From Porphyridium purpureum (taxonomy: Eukaryota), in assembly GCA_008690995.1 (NCBI GenBank), contig VRMN01000006.1:496001-560000 (forward strand): DNA of 64,000 nt, in the 5' to 3' direction. The position numbers and the translations under genes are program-made. Positions within the stretch are counted from its first letter, which is position 1. Each line of letters opens with the position of its first letter. Shown piece after piece: positions 1-9,918 of the stretch. The notes beneath the pieces were generated by a model, which saw only the letters and a list, made by a program, of their open reading frames with translations, had not been told where the DNA came from and did no database searches.

Positions 1-2200
1 CCTGATGTGCACGCTTTGGACCGTTAAAACCAGTAGACCGATAATCTCACCAACGGTTACGCCGTTTCGCGATGAAATCGCTGAACCATTACCATCTTTC
101 GGGTCCCGTGACAAGTGTGGACTCTCGATCAACTACCAGGCGCGCTGGTGCTCCAAAAGGTGTAACTCAGAGCTTGAATATATCTCGCGCATGTTCCGCA
201 TACGTCGCGTCCTCCTTGACCGGCTGCACCACGGTTAGCTTTGTACCCGCACACACTATCTGAAGGACCTTGATCTTTGGACGCTCGGGGAATTCTTCTA
301 GGAACACAAAGCCCGCAAACATCACATGATTCAAGCTTGTTTCAACTTCTGCTGCTTCGCTGAACGGATTGCGTCGCCCCGCATACCACTTGCACACATG
401 ACAATCATCGCATATGCGTCGTAAAGTCACACGGTCTCCCGCAGTCACTTCTTCCGCCGCGCGCCGTAAGAGACTGTCGATTTTGCGATGGTGAGCGTGT
501 CCGAACCTTTTATGCAAGGTCCTCAGCTCATCTGCTGTGTAACAAATAGCAAGCTCTGCCCGAGATTCTACACGATAAGGCCCTACGACAACGATATGCC
601 CTCCGTGTTGTGCAAGTTTGATGGTTCATGTGCCGCACGTGCTCTGCAGCCTCCACGGGTCGGGGAGAAGTGCCAGATTCTGCCTTTTCATGAACTCAAG
701 GTCCAGAATCATGGGAAGCTCTGCGTCACATGTGCTATCGTCGAATACAACGATTGACGCCTCTAGAAAGTACTTCCCTGTCTGTTCTGCGATTCTCACG
801 TTTGCGCGCCCGATGCTTGTCAGTCGCTTTCCCCGTGTGACACTTTCTGTATCTAGTGGTTCAAGATTTTCATGGTTGCCAGTGACCTCGCAGAATGCTC
901 GCCACTGCCTTAGTCCTGTGTCGCGAGCGACCTGATGCAGGTCTCAGTACAGCGAGTACGCAGAGGTACAGTCCCTAAGTGTACTGAAAGTACAGCTGTG
1001 GGTGTACCGTGTGGTACAGCTGAGTTATGTTGAGGGCCGCGGGATTGGGTTATTCCGAGGGCTGAACCCGCCGGGCAAGCCGTTGCGGCGCCGGAAGGCG
1101 GGTATAAAACAGAGCGAGCGGCAGCCGAACGAAGAAAAAAGGCTAGGAAGAAGAGAGTAGGTAGAGGAGGAGAGAAGAAGAAGTAAAGAAAAGAAGCTCC
1201 GTTTGTGACACCTGCGACGTCCCCAAGCGAGCCCGTGTCGACGACCAGTCCACGGAATTTCGCCTCGTGGATTGTCAACACCGTGTTAACTCCCCTCGCG
1301 GCGTCCATCATCACCGCGAGTACTGATAGCTCCGGACTTGCACTTTCATCGCTCGACGATTCGGATCCGGAGGATTCTTCTTTTTCTAAGGCGTGTACAG
1401 CCGATGCCGGAGGAAACCCGGCCTTCTTCCGCCTGCAATAAGGTTCAGTATGTCCGTCTCGCTTGCAGTGCGTGCAGAAGCGCTTGACTTGGCGCGGTCC
1501 TCGAGGCGAGTTTTCATTCTATGCCTTCTCCGGTTCCTTCTCCGGTTCTTTCTCTTGTACGTTTAGCGCGAGTGCACGAACCGCACTCGACAGTTCCTCG
1601 ATGGATAAGACTTTGTCGCTCTCCGAGTAGCGGCCCGGTTTTCCCGCGAACGCGCTCATAGTCAAGGCACGGATGCGCAATTGCGCCGTCGTATACTCCG
1701 AAGTCTCGTCTACGATACAGACTGCTGAACCGAACACAGATGTTTCTGCGAGCGCTGTTGTCATAGGATTCAGATAAATCTCCGTGGAGATATTGTCGCC
1801 CACGTCGTCTCTTATTTCATTGATTTTCCGAACGATCGATTCGAAGCTCTTGAAGCTGCTTGCGGTGCCGAAGCCGAAAGAAAGCTTCCGGTGAGCTGAA
1901 AGGATGACTGCGCGTGGAACGTAGTGTGCTTCAACGCGTGCCACGATTTGGGGGGTACCCCAATCGTCCGCTCGTGTCCCAGACCCCAAGCGTTCAAAAC
2001 CAACGTCTTTTACTCTCTCCCCTCTTCTCTCTCCTCTTCTCCAATCCCCGCCGTGAAGCGGCAGAGCTTAAATATGCTACAACTAGACCCTAAAGCTAAC
2101 CGGACCGCCCAGTTATTTTGGGGGCCTATGTACTGTACCTCTTGGCCACAGCATGGCTTTGATAATGGCGTCTTGGTAAGGCACGCGTATACCAAACATG
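1..2200 (-). mobile_element. Degenerate Ty1/Copia LTR retrotransposon (gag - zinc knuckle - protease - integrase), continuing past the left window edge
   Basis: The minus-strand frame reads gag (1519-1989), a CTHCKRDGHTEPYC zinc knuckle (~1436-1477), protease LVVDTGS and integrase HKRFGH...CHVC. It is collinear with the polyprotein at 3521-8158. In-frame stops occur at 1519-1521, 626-628 and 167-169, and a solo LTR interrupts it. The right boundary (LTR) is approximate. Confidence 0.85.
919..1210 (+). mobile_element. Solo LTR (292 bp) inserted in the protease region of the degenerate Copia element
   Basis: Starts TGTCGCGAGCG and ends CGTTTGTGACA (imperfect terminal inverted repeat). Flanked by a CCTG direct repeat at 915-918 and 1211-1214. 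TATAAAA at ~1103 is followed by a purine-rich tract. Removing it restores the frame DTGSLGDVAG-LRQWRAFC. Confidence 0.85.
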
Positions 2201-2509
2201 TACCAATAGTAAACTACTGGTGGCTAGCTGAAGCAAGAGGTCCACAACAAGACGACTTTACTCCTTAGCACAACCAAGCTCTTCCCTCAAAAGGAGACAG
2301 AGCGCCGACTCGTCGGCCGTCTCTCACACTCTAATGATATACTACTGTGGTTAACCGGTACGGTCACCAACCAACGGAGAGTTGTCATCATTACCTCTTT
2401 GATGACTCCTCATCACGTCATCAGGCAGGCAGAGAGGGATGACTATATTCCACGAATAGACTTTAGACTGTAACAAAAAGATTAAAGAGGCGATTAAAAA
2501 AAAGCTACA

Positions 2510-2675
2510 GGTGGACAAAACGGGTGGATCGTTACATGCGTGTCAATGCTTCCTGGATAGAGCTTGACTCCTTGGTTTAGTCAGCACAGATGTCTGCAGC
2601 GGAACTGGCGCAAACCAGTGCAATAACCGATACCATATCCTCCTTGCAACCGTATGTCTCAAGATTCCTTGTTAG
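2510..2675 (-). pseudogene. 3' fragment of the gag-like relic split by the full-length Copia insertion
   Basis: Joining across the GTTAG duplication gives KFNGNGFYRWRSNL-TRNLETYGCKEDMVSVIALVC, followed by internal stops. Confidence 0.6.
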
Positions 2676-2896
2676 TGTCGTTCATCTCTATCCCCCGTCA
2701 GGCTATCCCACGGGGCGGAAGGTTTGTTCTTTTTCCATGCACCCTTAACCTTTATTTTTGTTCTAGTGCTACTTTCCCGCCGCCGCTCGCCGCGTATTTA
2801 TACGCTGGTCAAGAAATTGAGGGTTCGGGTAACCCTCAAAGTAACTTGGTACAGCTACACCTGTACTTGGTCAATTATTCACACGAATAATTGACA
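2676..2896 (-). repeat. 3' LTR
   Basis: Direct repeat of 8212-8432 (CATGC vs CATAC the only difference seen). TATAAATA and AATAAA on the minus strand. Confidence 0.96.
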
Positions 2897-2916
2897 TTCC
2901 CTTATTTTTCTTTCTG
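2897..2916 (-). promoter_or_regulatory. Polypurine tract of the Copia element
   Basis: Minus strand reads AGAAAGAAAAAATAAGGGAA immediately before the 3' LTR. Confidence 0.85.
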
Positions 2917-3520
2917 GGATGGCACACGAATGACATATTCCAGAATGCAATGCTGAATCACACAGCGAGTGTGAAAACACGTGCGCGAGCGAAGAGGAGG
3001 AAGTCGACGGGACATTCAAACAGGCACGGAGCACGAAAAACAGCGTGCGAAATGCGGACTGGAGATTGTAAAAAAAACGATTGACCGGCGCCCTCGCGAA
3101 AAATGGGCGGCATTTGGACATTGTACGGTACCGAAACGGGCAAAACGACATGTCGAGACTTGGCAGATGAAATGACGAGAGAAAACGAGTCAGGCGCAAG
3201 CTTGTGGGAGCACCAATATGTTGTTGATAGCTTGAATGATCGATGGCGCGCAATAATTCGCCACACTGAGCGAAGGAACTTGCTGAACTTGAATGGCCTT
3301 GTAAATTTTGCATCGAGCTCTGACGCAAAGACAACGCGCAGGAATGACTTGAGGCTCTGGTGACGCATTGTACACAGTGCGGCAGCTGTGCCGACGAAAA
3401 CGAGGACGCGACTGGGAAGCGGTAGGCCGAGATATTGTTGCACACATGTGTATAGTATACTGGTCGAATGTGATATGAAACTCAAGGCTTTTCACCGACC
3501 AGGCAGGTGGCAGGTCAACA

Positions 3521-6500
3521 TTACAGTTCCGGAGAATACCGCTGGGTTGCCATGTGTACATCGTGGTCAAGCTTTCCCGTCATGAAGTACTGGTGCCACA
3601 TTAGACGGCGAGTATCAAACTTCGTAAGGCTATCTGCGATGTTTGAGGAAGCTCGAAGGTGAGCGAGGTCTTGTAGCTCGCCCGTGGCGATCGCCTCTCG
3701 CAGCTGCACGACATCAACCATCAGCCGTTTCTCAGTGAAAACCTTGGCCTTGTGCACCGTATCAAAAATGCTTTGGCTGTCGGTGAATAAAGTGATCGGC
3801 ACATCACGTACATGCACGGAGCACAGCGTGGGCTGCAGGGCTAGACAGAAATCCAAACAGTCACTCGCGGCATACAGCTCGGCGGCAAGAACACTGCGTA
3901 CAACCCGCGGAGATAAATAGCTCCTTGCATGAAGAAGATGAGCACGGTGCACACCGTCCACCAGGAAAATGCAGAAACCCAGGCGCGACCGGGTGCCATC
4001 GGTTGCGAAGCTTGCATCACTGTACGCATGAACTCGAAAATCCGCATCAAGGCGGTCGTACGGCAGATACCAACGTTCGGTTTCAGCGAGGTATTTGCCA
4101 ACACGTTTCGCGGTATCCGCTAGATCGAGCGCCGATGGCGAAAGAGGTAGTAAATCTGGGCGAGTTTGACCAAGCCAACGAATGCGTCCACGAAATTGCT
4201 CAGGCGTAAGCGCTTCCAATGCGGAGCGGCGCAGCGTTTGTAGGTATTCAGTTTGGTGCATTCGCAAATTCTGCTCAAGTCGTACGCCATTGTATTCGAG
4301 CGGAGGCGTTTCAGCTGGTGACATAATAAATTCTGCGAGCTTTTGCTGCAAGGAGCCGAGAAATGAGCGCGTTCCAGCGTAAATGATATTGTCCGATAGG
4401 ACGCCTACCAGGCCATCTGAAGCTTGAATAAAGAAACACGGATCCATTGGTGTCGGAACAAGCGACAGTGTTGATAATGCGTGCTGGACGGAAAACCACC
4501 AATACATGCCGGATTCGGATAGGCCGTACAGCGGTTTGACGACGAGCAGGTACAAGATGTCACGGGGCGGAATGTTGACCGCGTTGCAGAATAGATTGCA
4601 CAAGACGCTACGCAAGACAATATAAACGGGGCGCTGCAATGATTTCGTTGCTTGCAAGTATGCTTTTTTCGCATCCTGAGTATGAATTGTCCAGCCGAAT
4701 TGAACTGTGGTGGACACAATAACTTTGAGTGCCCACTGCGACAGCATCGGAGACTCGACAATAAGAGAGCGTTTCTGAGCGTCCACATGTCCGAGTGCGA
4801 CCAAACGTGACTTTGTGGTCTCGTGAGCAGTACGGTAATTTTTGAGAACACGAACCATTTTTGCAGGGACGATGACGGCGTTGGTGGGGACACGTTCTGC
4901 AATAATAAAAGCTCCCTGGTTGTAAAGCCAGGAAAGCTCCTCCTCGTCAGAACTCTTGAAGCGAAGTTGCAGGTCTGGATTCAAGCGATATTCGCGGGCA
5001 GATATGGGCTGCGTTAGCAGCTCAGCAGCGGGTTCGATCCGATATTTGCGTACACGTGCAACATGAAAAATCCGGACGGCACCGGTGGGCGGCATTCGAA
5101 CTGAGACCTTATGGCCATCAACAGCGACGCACAGATAGGGCCCATCATAATTCCGTCTGCGGTTTCTTTCCCGGGCGATTATTACTAGGTCGCCAGGCAC
5201 AGGAGGACCGGTGTCTTGCATTTCGGAACCGAGCGCTGCGTGGCGACGGCTCAGCGCGATGTTTAAGTACTGTTTCGCGATGAATTCTTCGTACACACGA
5301 CGTGCGAGAACAAGGGCATTGATCCGCGCGGCTTGAGAGGGAACATCTTGAATCGAACTGATTACCATCCGAGGCATCGAGCCAAACACCATAAGGCATG
5401 GTGGGATTCCCGAAAGCCCACAGGATGAGTTTGCGACGAAGAAGCAGTGTGCAAGCGTGTCATCTGCGTCTGCGTCTGGATCTTCAAGTATCATTTTCTC
5501 GTACATAATACCGACTATACCATGCGCGCGTTCCACTCGTCCGATCGATTGATGCCCTTCGATCGGCTGTACGTCGACGTGAATACCGTGCACATTTGCA
5601 AGGGCCTGAAATTCCCGGCTTGCGTAAGCGGATCCTGCGTCGACTTTGACGATGTGTGGTGCGCCATTGTACGCGGAAATCCAGCACAGGAAGAAAATCT
5701 CGAATAAAGCACCCGATGTAGAGTCGTGCTTCAACCATTGACCAGACATAAAACGGGTGCCTTCGCATACGATATGCATCACGGGCATAGGTCGTTCGCC
5801 TTGGGTGTGCGGCAGGTAGAATGTATCGAGCTGCACAGTATGATTGAAATTGACTTCGACATTGGCGGACAGGCGAAACGTCGCGGGTGCTTTCGAGAAT
5901 CGCTGGCAGATGTGACATTGGCGCGATAGTCTTGCTAGAATACTGAACTCGTTTTCGGACAAAGGTTGGTCGGCGATATCAAATATTCTCTGAATGCGTT
6001 CGCTGCTCGCGTGATTGAACTTTCTGTGAATTTTTCGCAGCTCCGCGTACGTCAACAGCGGAGACGCTCGAGCGAAAATGGCAGGGTCGATGAAAAGTTT
6101 TCCAAATTTGCGGATAAGAGGTATCTCAATCTGAAGCGTTGGAAACACCAACGCGTCGGTCAAATTGTTCGGAAAGCATGAGTGATGATCCATGGTCAAC
6201 AGTCCCAAGACCAGTGGAGGCCACTGAGGATCTTCTGCTTTGGAAGTATCAAGAACGTCCACATCCACGGTCAAAAACACATCAGACGAGACCGGAAGAC
6301 GAAACTCTCCAGTTCCGATGATCCGAAATATGCCGATATCGAGACCGACGGAGCGCATTGTGACTGGACGCAGCGAAGACGGGCTGTTCGATAATGCGCA
6401 AAACGCTTGCCACTGTGGTAGTGAGCAAAAGTTGGAGCTTGCTCCGGTATCAACGCATACACCCCAGAAGTCTGAAATCATACGTTGCGAAAGCAGCGCA

Positions 6501-8158
6501 AGCCCGATGGCTCCTGACGAGCGAGTTGCTGACGCGATACTTTGCAGATGTTCATACTTAATATGCATGTCGTTGACAGCGGAATAAAATAGTTCGTCCT
6601 CTATGCTGTTGTCGTGTCCTGAAGCATTGTGTTCTTCAAACGACTCAACACTTTCCAACACTGGATCAATATCGGACGCTTGCATATCCTCATTACTGAA
6701 GAGAAGCGCGCGAATATTTCGAACAGGCGCTCGTTGCAATTTTTGATTCAATGTCTCCGAGCACTGTGCAATGAAATGACTTGTAGAGCCACAATTATGA
6801 CATTTGGGCGGTTCTGGACACTGCATGGCAAGGTGCTCAGGAGAGCTGCAATTGCGGCAAAACGGCGCACTGGATTTCTTCGCGTGCGATCCAGCGGCAG
6901 AGGAGGAAGACACTTGATGACGTAAATCTCTGGTGAACAACTGATGTTGGGCGCGTGGCTGGGATGCAGGCAAAGACGGTCGTACAATCCGCGACTGTAT
7001 ATTGATGCATCCCACCAGATGAGCGTATAGGTCATCGGCAGTGTTGAAATCCTTCAGCAGGACTGCAGATGCGAAACTTTCATCTCTTACTGCATTGCGC
7101 AGAGCCCGGAGGAGGCGGCGTTCGCCATGATATTCCGTCGGTAAGCAGCCTTGCGCGTACTTCAGAGTATCATGGTACAGTACATGTAAAATCCCTTTGT
7201 TGCCGCTATTACGCATGCGATTCGCAATGTGGCGGAACTTCACCCCGTCAAATAAATCAACCATCTGTTCATGAAATTCCCCGGTAAAAACTTTGGAATC
7301 AAGTAATTCGAAAGCATCGTTCAGGCTCTTATTGTACTGGACTTTGTCGGTATAAAACATCTTGATCGTTCCGCCCAGCATCATGCCGAGGATCGGAGCA
7401 CGGTGGTGTTCGGTGACTTCAGCTCGCGCAAACGTAAGAAGGGCTTCTTGTTTCCACCGGTAGTATGATATCTTATCCTTGTATTCGTCCATGTAAAAAA
7501 TGTCCTCCGATCTAATCATTTTCGAAACTGTGGATGAGTTTCTCGCAAGACCATATTCGTTGCCGGGCACAGAAACGATTGGTGGCACCACGGGCTGAGA
7601 ACTATGATCTACGGTACTTGCTTGCAATCGGCCAGAGTCTTGCTGCCAAGTATCCGTCACAGGTGCGGCTCCCCGTTGCGGAGTACGTCCGTTCGCATCT
7701 AGCACCGTCGCAGAAGATCGGGAATCATTACTGTCTTCATAAATCCGGCGAAAACGATCAATCGTGGGTACACCGGGGTCAGATAGACGAAAACCTGGTA
7801 CTTGTGCTGCTGTCAGAAATGAAGCAAACTGTTCGCGTGCAAAGAGGCCACAATCCAGGATACTGGAACGAGGAAGACGGCGAGTCATCTGCACCATCAA
7901 GGCCACACCGCTGTAGGTTCGGAACATGACGACGAAGTCCCGTAAGTCCTCAATCGCCAGCCTCTTTTCGGTAGAAAAACTACCAAGATCCATGCTAATT
8001 AGAAGAGAGGGATCGAACTGGTCGCTGGACTCCGTGGAGCCTTCGTCGCGACTGATTTGCGTCATATGTCCCGCATCGATCCCTTCTCCAGCGGGAGACA
8101 CTTCTCTCTCACGTTCGCCACTCGCACCCGCCGCGACGTTAGCACCCCGACGAGTCAT
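3521..8158 (-). CDS. Copia gag-pol polyprotein (2 CCHC knuckles, aspartic protease, integrase, reverse transcriptase, RNase H), 1545 aa; RT active site altered
   Basis: Knuckles CRNCSSPEHLAMQC and CHNCGSTSHFIAQC; protease VDTGAS; integrase HRKFNH..CHIC with QLD/KVD/RVE triad and GPY motif; RT DAKKAYLQ and KPLYGL, with LSDN in place of xxDD; RNase H YSDASF...ADSLTK. Confidence 0.95.
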   Translation of the reverse strand: MTRRGANVAAGASGEREREVSPAGEGIDAGHMTQISRDEGSTESSDQFDPSLLISMDLGSFSTEKRLAIEDLRDFVVMFRTYSGVALMVQMTRRLPRSSILDCGLFAREQFASFLTAAQVPGFRLSDPGVPTIDRFRRIYEDSNDSRSSATVLDANGRTPQRGAAPVTDTWQQDSGRLQASTVDHSSQPVVPPIVSVPGNEYGLARNSSTVSKMIRSEDIFYMDEYKDKISYYRWKQEALLTFARAEVTEHHRAPILGMMLGGTIKMFYTDKVQYNKSLNDAFELLDSKVFTGEFHEQMVDLFDGVKFRHIANRMRNSGNKGILHVLYHDTLKYAQGCLPTEYHGERRLLRALRNAVRDESFASAVLLKDFNTADDLYAHLVGCINIQSRIVRPSLPASQPRAQHQLFTRDLRHQVSSSSAAGSHAKKSSAPFCRNCSSPEHLAMQCPEPPKCHNCGSTSHFIAQCSETLNQKLQRAPVRNIRALLFSNEDMQASDIDPVLESVESFEEHNASGHDNSIEDELFYSAVNDMHIKYEHLQSIASATRSSGAIGLALLSQRMISDFWGVCVDTGASSNFCSLPQWQAFCALSNSPSSLRPVTMRSVGLDIGIFRIIGTGEFRLPVSSDVFLTVDVDVLDTSKAEDPQWPPLVLGLLTMDHHSCFPNNLTDALVFPTLQIEIPLIRKFGKLFIDPAIFARASPLLTYAELRKIHRKFNHASSERIQRIFDIADQPLSENEFSILARLSRQCHICQRFSKAPATFRLSANVEVNFNHTVQLDTFYLPHTQGERPMPVMHIVCEGTRFMSGQWLKHDSTSGALFEIFFLCWISAYNGAPHIVKVDAGSAYASREFQALANVHGIHVDVQPIEGHQSIGRVERAHGIVGIMYEKMILEDPDADADDTLAHCFFVANSSCGLSGIPPCLMVFGSMPRMVISSIQDVPSQAARINALVLARRVYEEFIAKQYLNIALSRRHAALGSEMQDTGPPVPGDLVIIARERNRRRNYDGPYLCVAVDGHKVSVRMPPTGAVRIFHVARVRKYRIEPAAELLTQPISAREYRLNPDLQLRFKSSDEEELSWLYNQGAFIIAERVPTNAVIVPAKMVRVLKNYRTAHETTKSRLVALGHVDAQKRSLIVESPMLSQWALKVIVSTTVQFGWTIHTQDAKKAYLQATKSLQRPVYIVLRSVLCNLFCNAVNIPPRDILYLLVVKPLYGLSESGMYWWFSVQHALSTLSLVPTPMDPCFFIQASDGLVGVLSDNIIYAGTRSFLGSLQQKLAEFIMSPAETPPLEYNGVRLEQNLRMHQTEYLQTLRRSALEALTPEQFRGRIRWLGQTRPDLLPLSPSALDLADTAKRVGKYLAETERWYLPYDRLDADFRVHAYSDASFATDGTRSRLGFCIFLVDGVHRAHLLHARSYLSPRVVRSVLAAELYAASDCLDFCLALQPTLCSVHVRDVPITLFTDSQSIFDTVHKAKVFTEKRLMVDVVQLREAIATGELQDLAHLRASSNIADSLTKFDTRRLMWHQYFMTGKLDHDVHMATQRYSPEL

Positions 8159-8211
8159 CTTAAGTCAGACACCACACTTCTTCTAACACTGGAGAGATCC
8201 CGAGTGATCAC

Positions 8212-8432
8212 TGTCGTTCATCTCTATCCCCCGTCAGGCTATCCCACGGGGCGGAAGGTTTGTTCTTTTTCCATACACCCTTAACCTTTATTTTTGTTCT
8301 AGTGCTACTTTCCCGCCGCCGCTCGCCGCGTATTTATACGCTGGTCAAGAAATTGAGGGTTCGGGTAACCCTCAAAGTAACTTGGTACAGCTACACCTGT
8401 ACTTGGTCAATTATTCACACGAATAATTGACA
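8212..8432 (-). repeat. 5' LTR
   Basis: Direct repeat of 2676-2896 with TG...CA ends, followed by TSD GTTAG. Confidence 0.96.
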
Positions 8433-9393
8433 GTTAGATTGGACCTCCACCGGTAGAATCCATTTCCATTGAATTTCTCGTGATCTTTAAACGCGGATTG
8501 CACCATTGCGAGCGTTTTGTGCGTACTCTCTACCGCGCTAGCGTCTTCGCGTGGAGCACTCCGGTGGTGCACGGTTGCAAAGTTTTGTCTGCTAGCCGGA
8601 GCGGTGCCGTATGTTCCTGCCGTCGGCCGGTGCACGCTCACTGGCGCTGACGATTGTGACCGATCCCGGTGAGCCAGGATGCATACTCCGTCTCTAGCGG
8701 TTGTCCAGGCGTAAGCGTAAGATTGCGCAATCCTCGTGGGCGAACGGCTCTAATGAAGGCAACTTTGTCTCGTACGGGCGCCGCCTCGATATCCTCCGGC
8801 GATAAGATAAGCGGCAGGTCGGCACGCCACGTGGCAGCGTCTTCGTGTTGGTACTCTGCAAGGAATTTGCGCACTCGAGACCCTGTAGCCGATTGTTCGT
8901 TGCTTTCCCCAACATCGTGCACACCATGCGCGTCACGTTGACCTTCGTGCACATCCTCCGGGTCAGTGAGCCCAGCGTAGCTCGTCTCCGCAGGTCCGTC
9001 GCCTTGTACGTCAGATGCCGCTTGGTGCCCTGGGCTCGCGGCGTTGCTTACCTCGTTCGTAACATTACGTTGCAGATCCCTCTCTGCGCTTAAGAGTTGG
9101 CGGATTCGCGCGACATTTGCCTTGCGCGCAAATACGACGCCCTCCCGGTGAGAGATTTGTGCGAGCTCGTCTCTAGACAAGCTCTCCAAGTCATCAGGGA
9201 TCACCATGTTGTATTGATGGTACCCCACTGTTTCCCTAATCGCGATTATCCGAACAACGGGGTGCTCGGGTTCGTCCTTAGACGAGAGCAACCACGCGCG
9301 GGTCTCGGGCGGTAGCTCCCAGTTACTTGGTTGAGCGAAATAAGTCGGGATAGAGCGTCCCGCTCGAGTCCCAGTGCACTGCAAGGATCCCAA
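8433..9393 (-). pseudogene. Gag-like relic of another retroelement (frameshifted, split by the Copia insertion)
   Basis: ORFs 8638-9393 and 8411-8641 lie in different frames. They contain a short helical N-terminal motif (LESLSRDELAQI), a disordered linker and a gag-like KFNGNGFYRW motif that continues on the far side of the insertion. Confidence 0.55.
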
Positions 9394-9918
9394 TCCTTGC
9401 TGTGTCCTCTGCCAAGCTCCCGCAAGGCAGTAGATAGCTTAAACTCCCGTTTCAGCTCCACAACTTGTCAACTTCATAGTTGTCAACACCATCGACTCTT
9501 TCGCTACCAATCTTTCTTCCTCGCTTGGGCGGTGGTTACTCCGCTGCATGTCTACGACCTTCGGGCCTACGAAGATGCCCACGTCTCGCCAGGAACTCCT
9601 GCTGGCAGAGCTGGCGTTTCTCGCCTGGCCGTTTGTCGCTCGAGGTACTGCGATTACCTTGCGCGAGTCTGAATGATACTGTTCTATGGATTTCCCGACA
9701 GTGACCGAGTGAGAGAAATGGGCCACTCGGTTGATTGAGTGGTACTTTAGTGTCAGGGCAGACGAAGCGGCCGGCGGGAGGAAGGGGCGAGGAGGTAACT
9801 TTCTATGTTTTTGCCGCCAGGCGGTGTAGAGGGGCTCCTTTTGCTGTTTGAGGAATAGACGTGGCTCCTCCCGTACGCGGAGTTGTAACAAGCAAAATCA
9901 GGTATAGTTTTGACTGTA

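Larger units (their letters stand above)
2676..8432 (-). mobile_element. Full-length Ty1/Copia LTR retrotransposon, GalEa-like
   Basis: Two 221-bp TG...CA LTRs differ at one position. 5-bp TSD GTTAG at 2671-2675 and 8433-8437. Polypurine tract present. Single gag-pol ORF with PR-IN-RT-RH order. RNase H motifs VVRSVLAAE, EKRLMVD and ADSLTK resemble GalEa-type Copia. Confidence 0.96.

Noticed and set aside
2199..2509. TGTA...TACA segment as another solo LTR
   Set aside because: It has hairpins and LTR-like composition but no matching TSD, so the boundaries cannot be supported.
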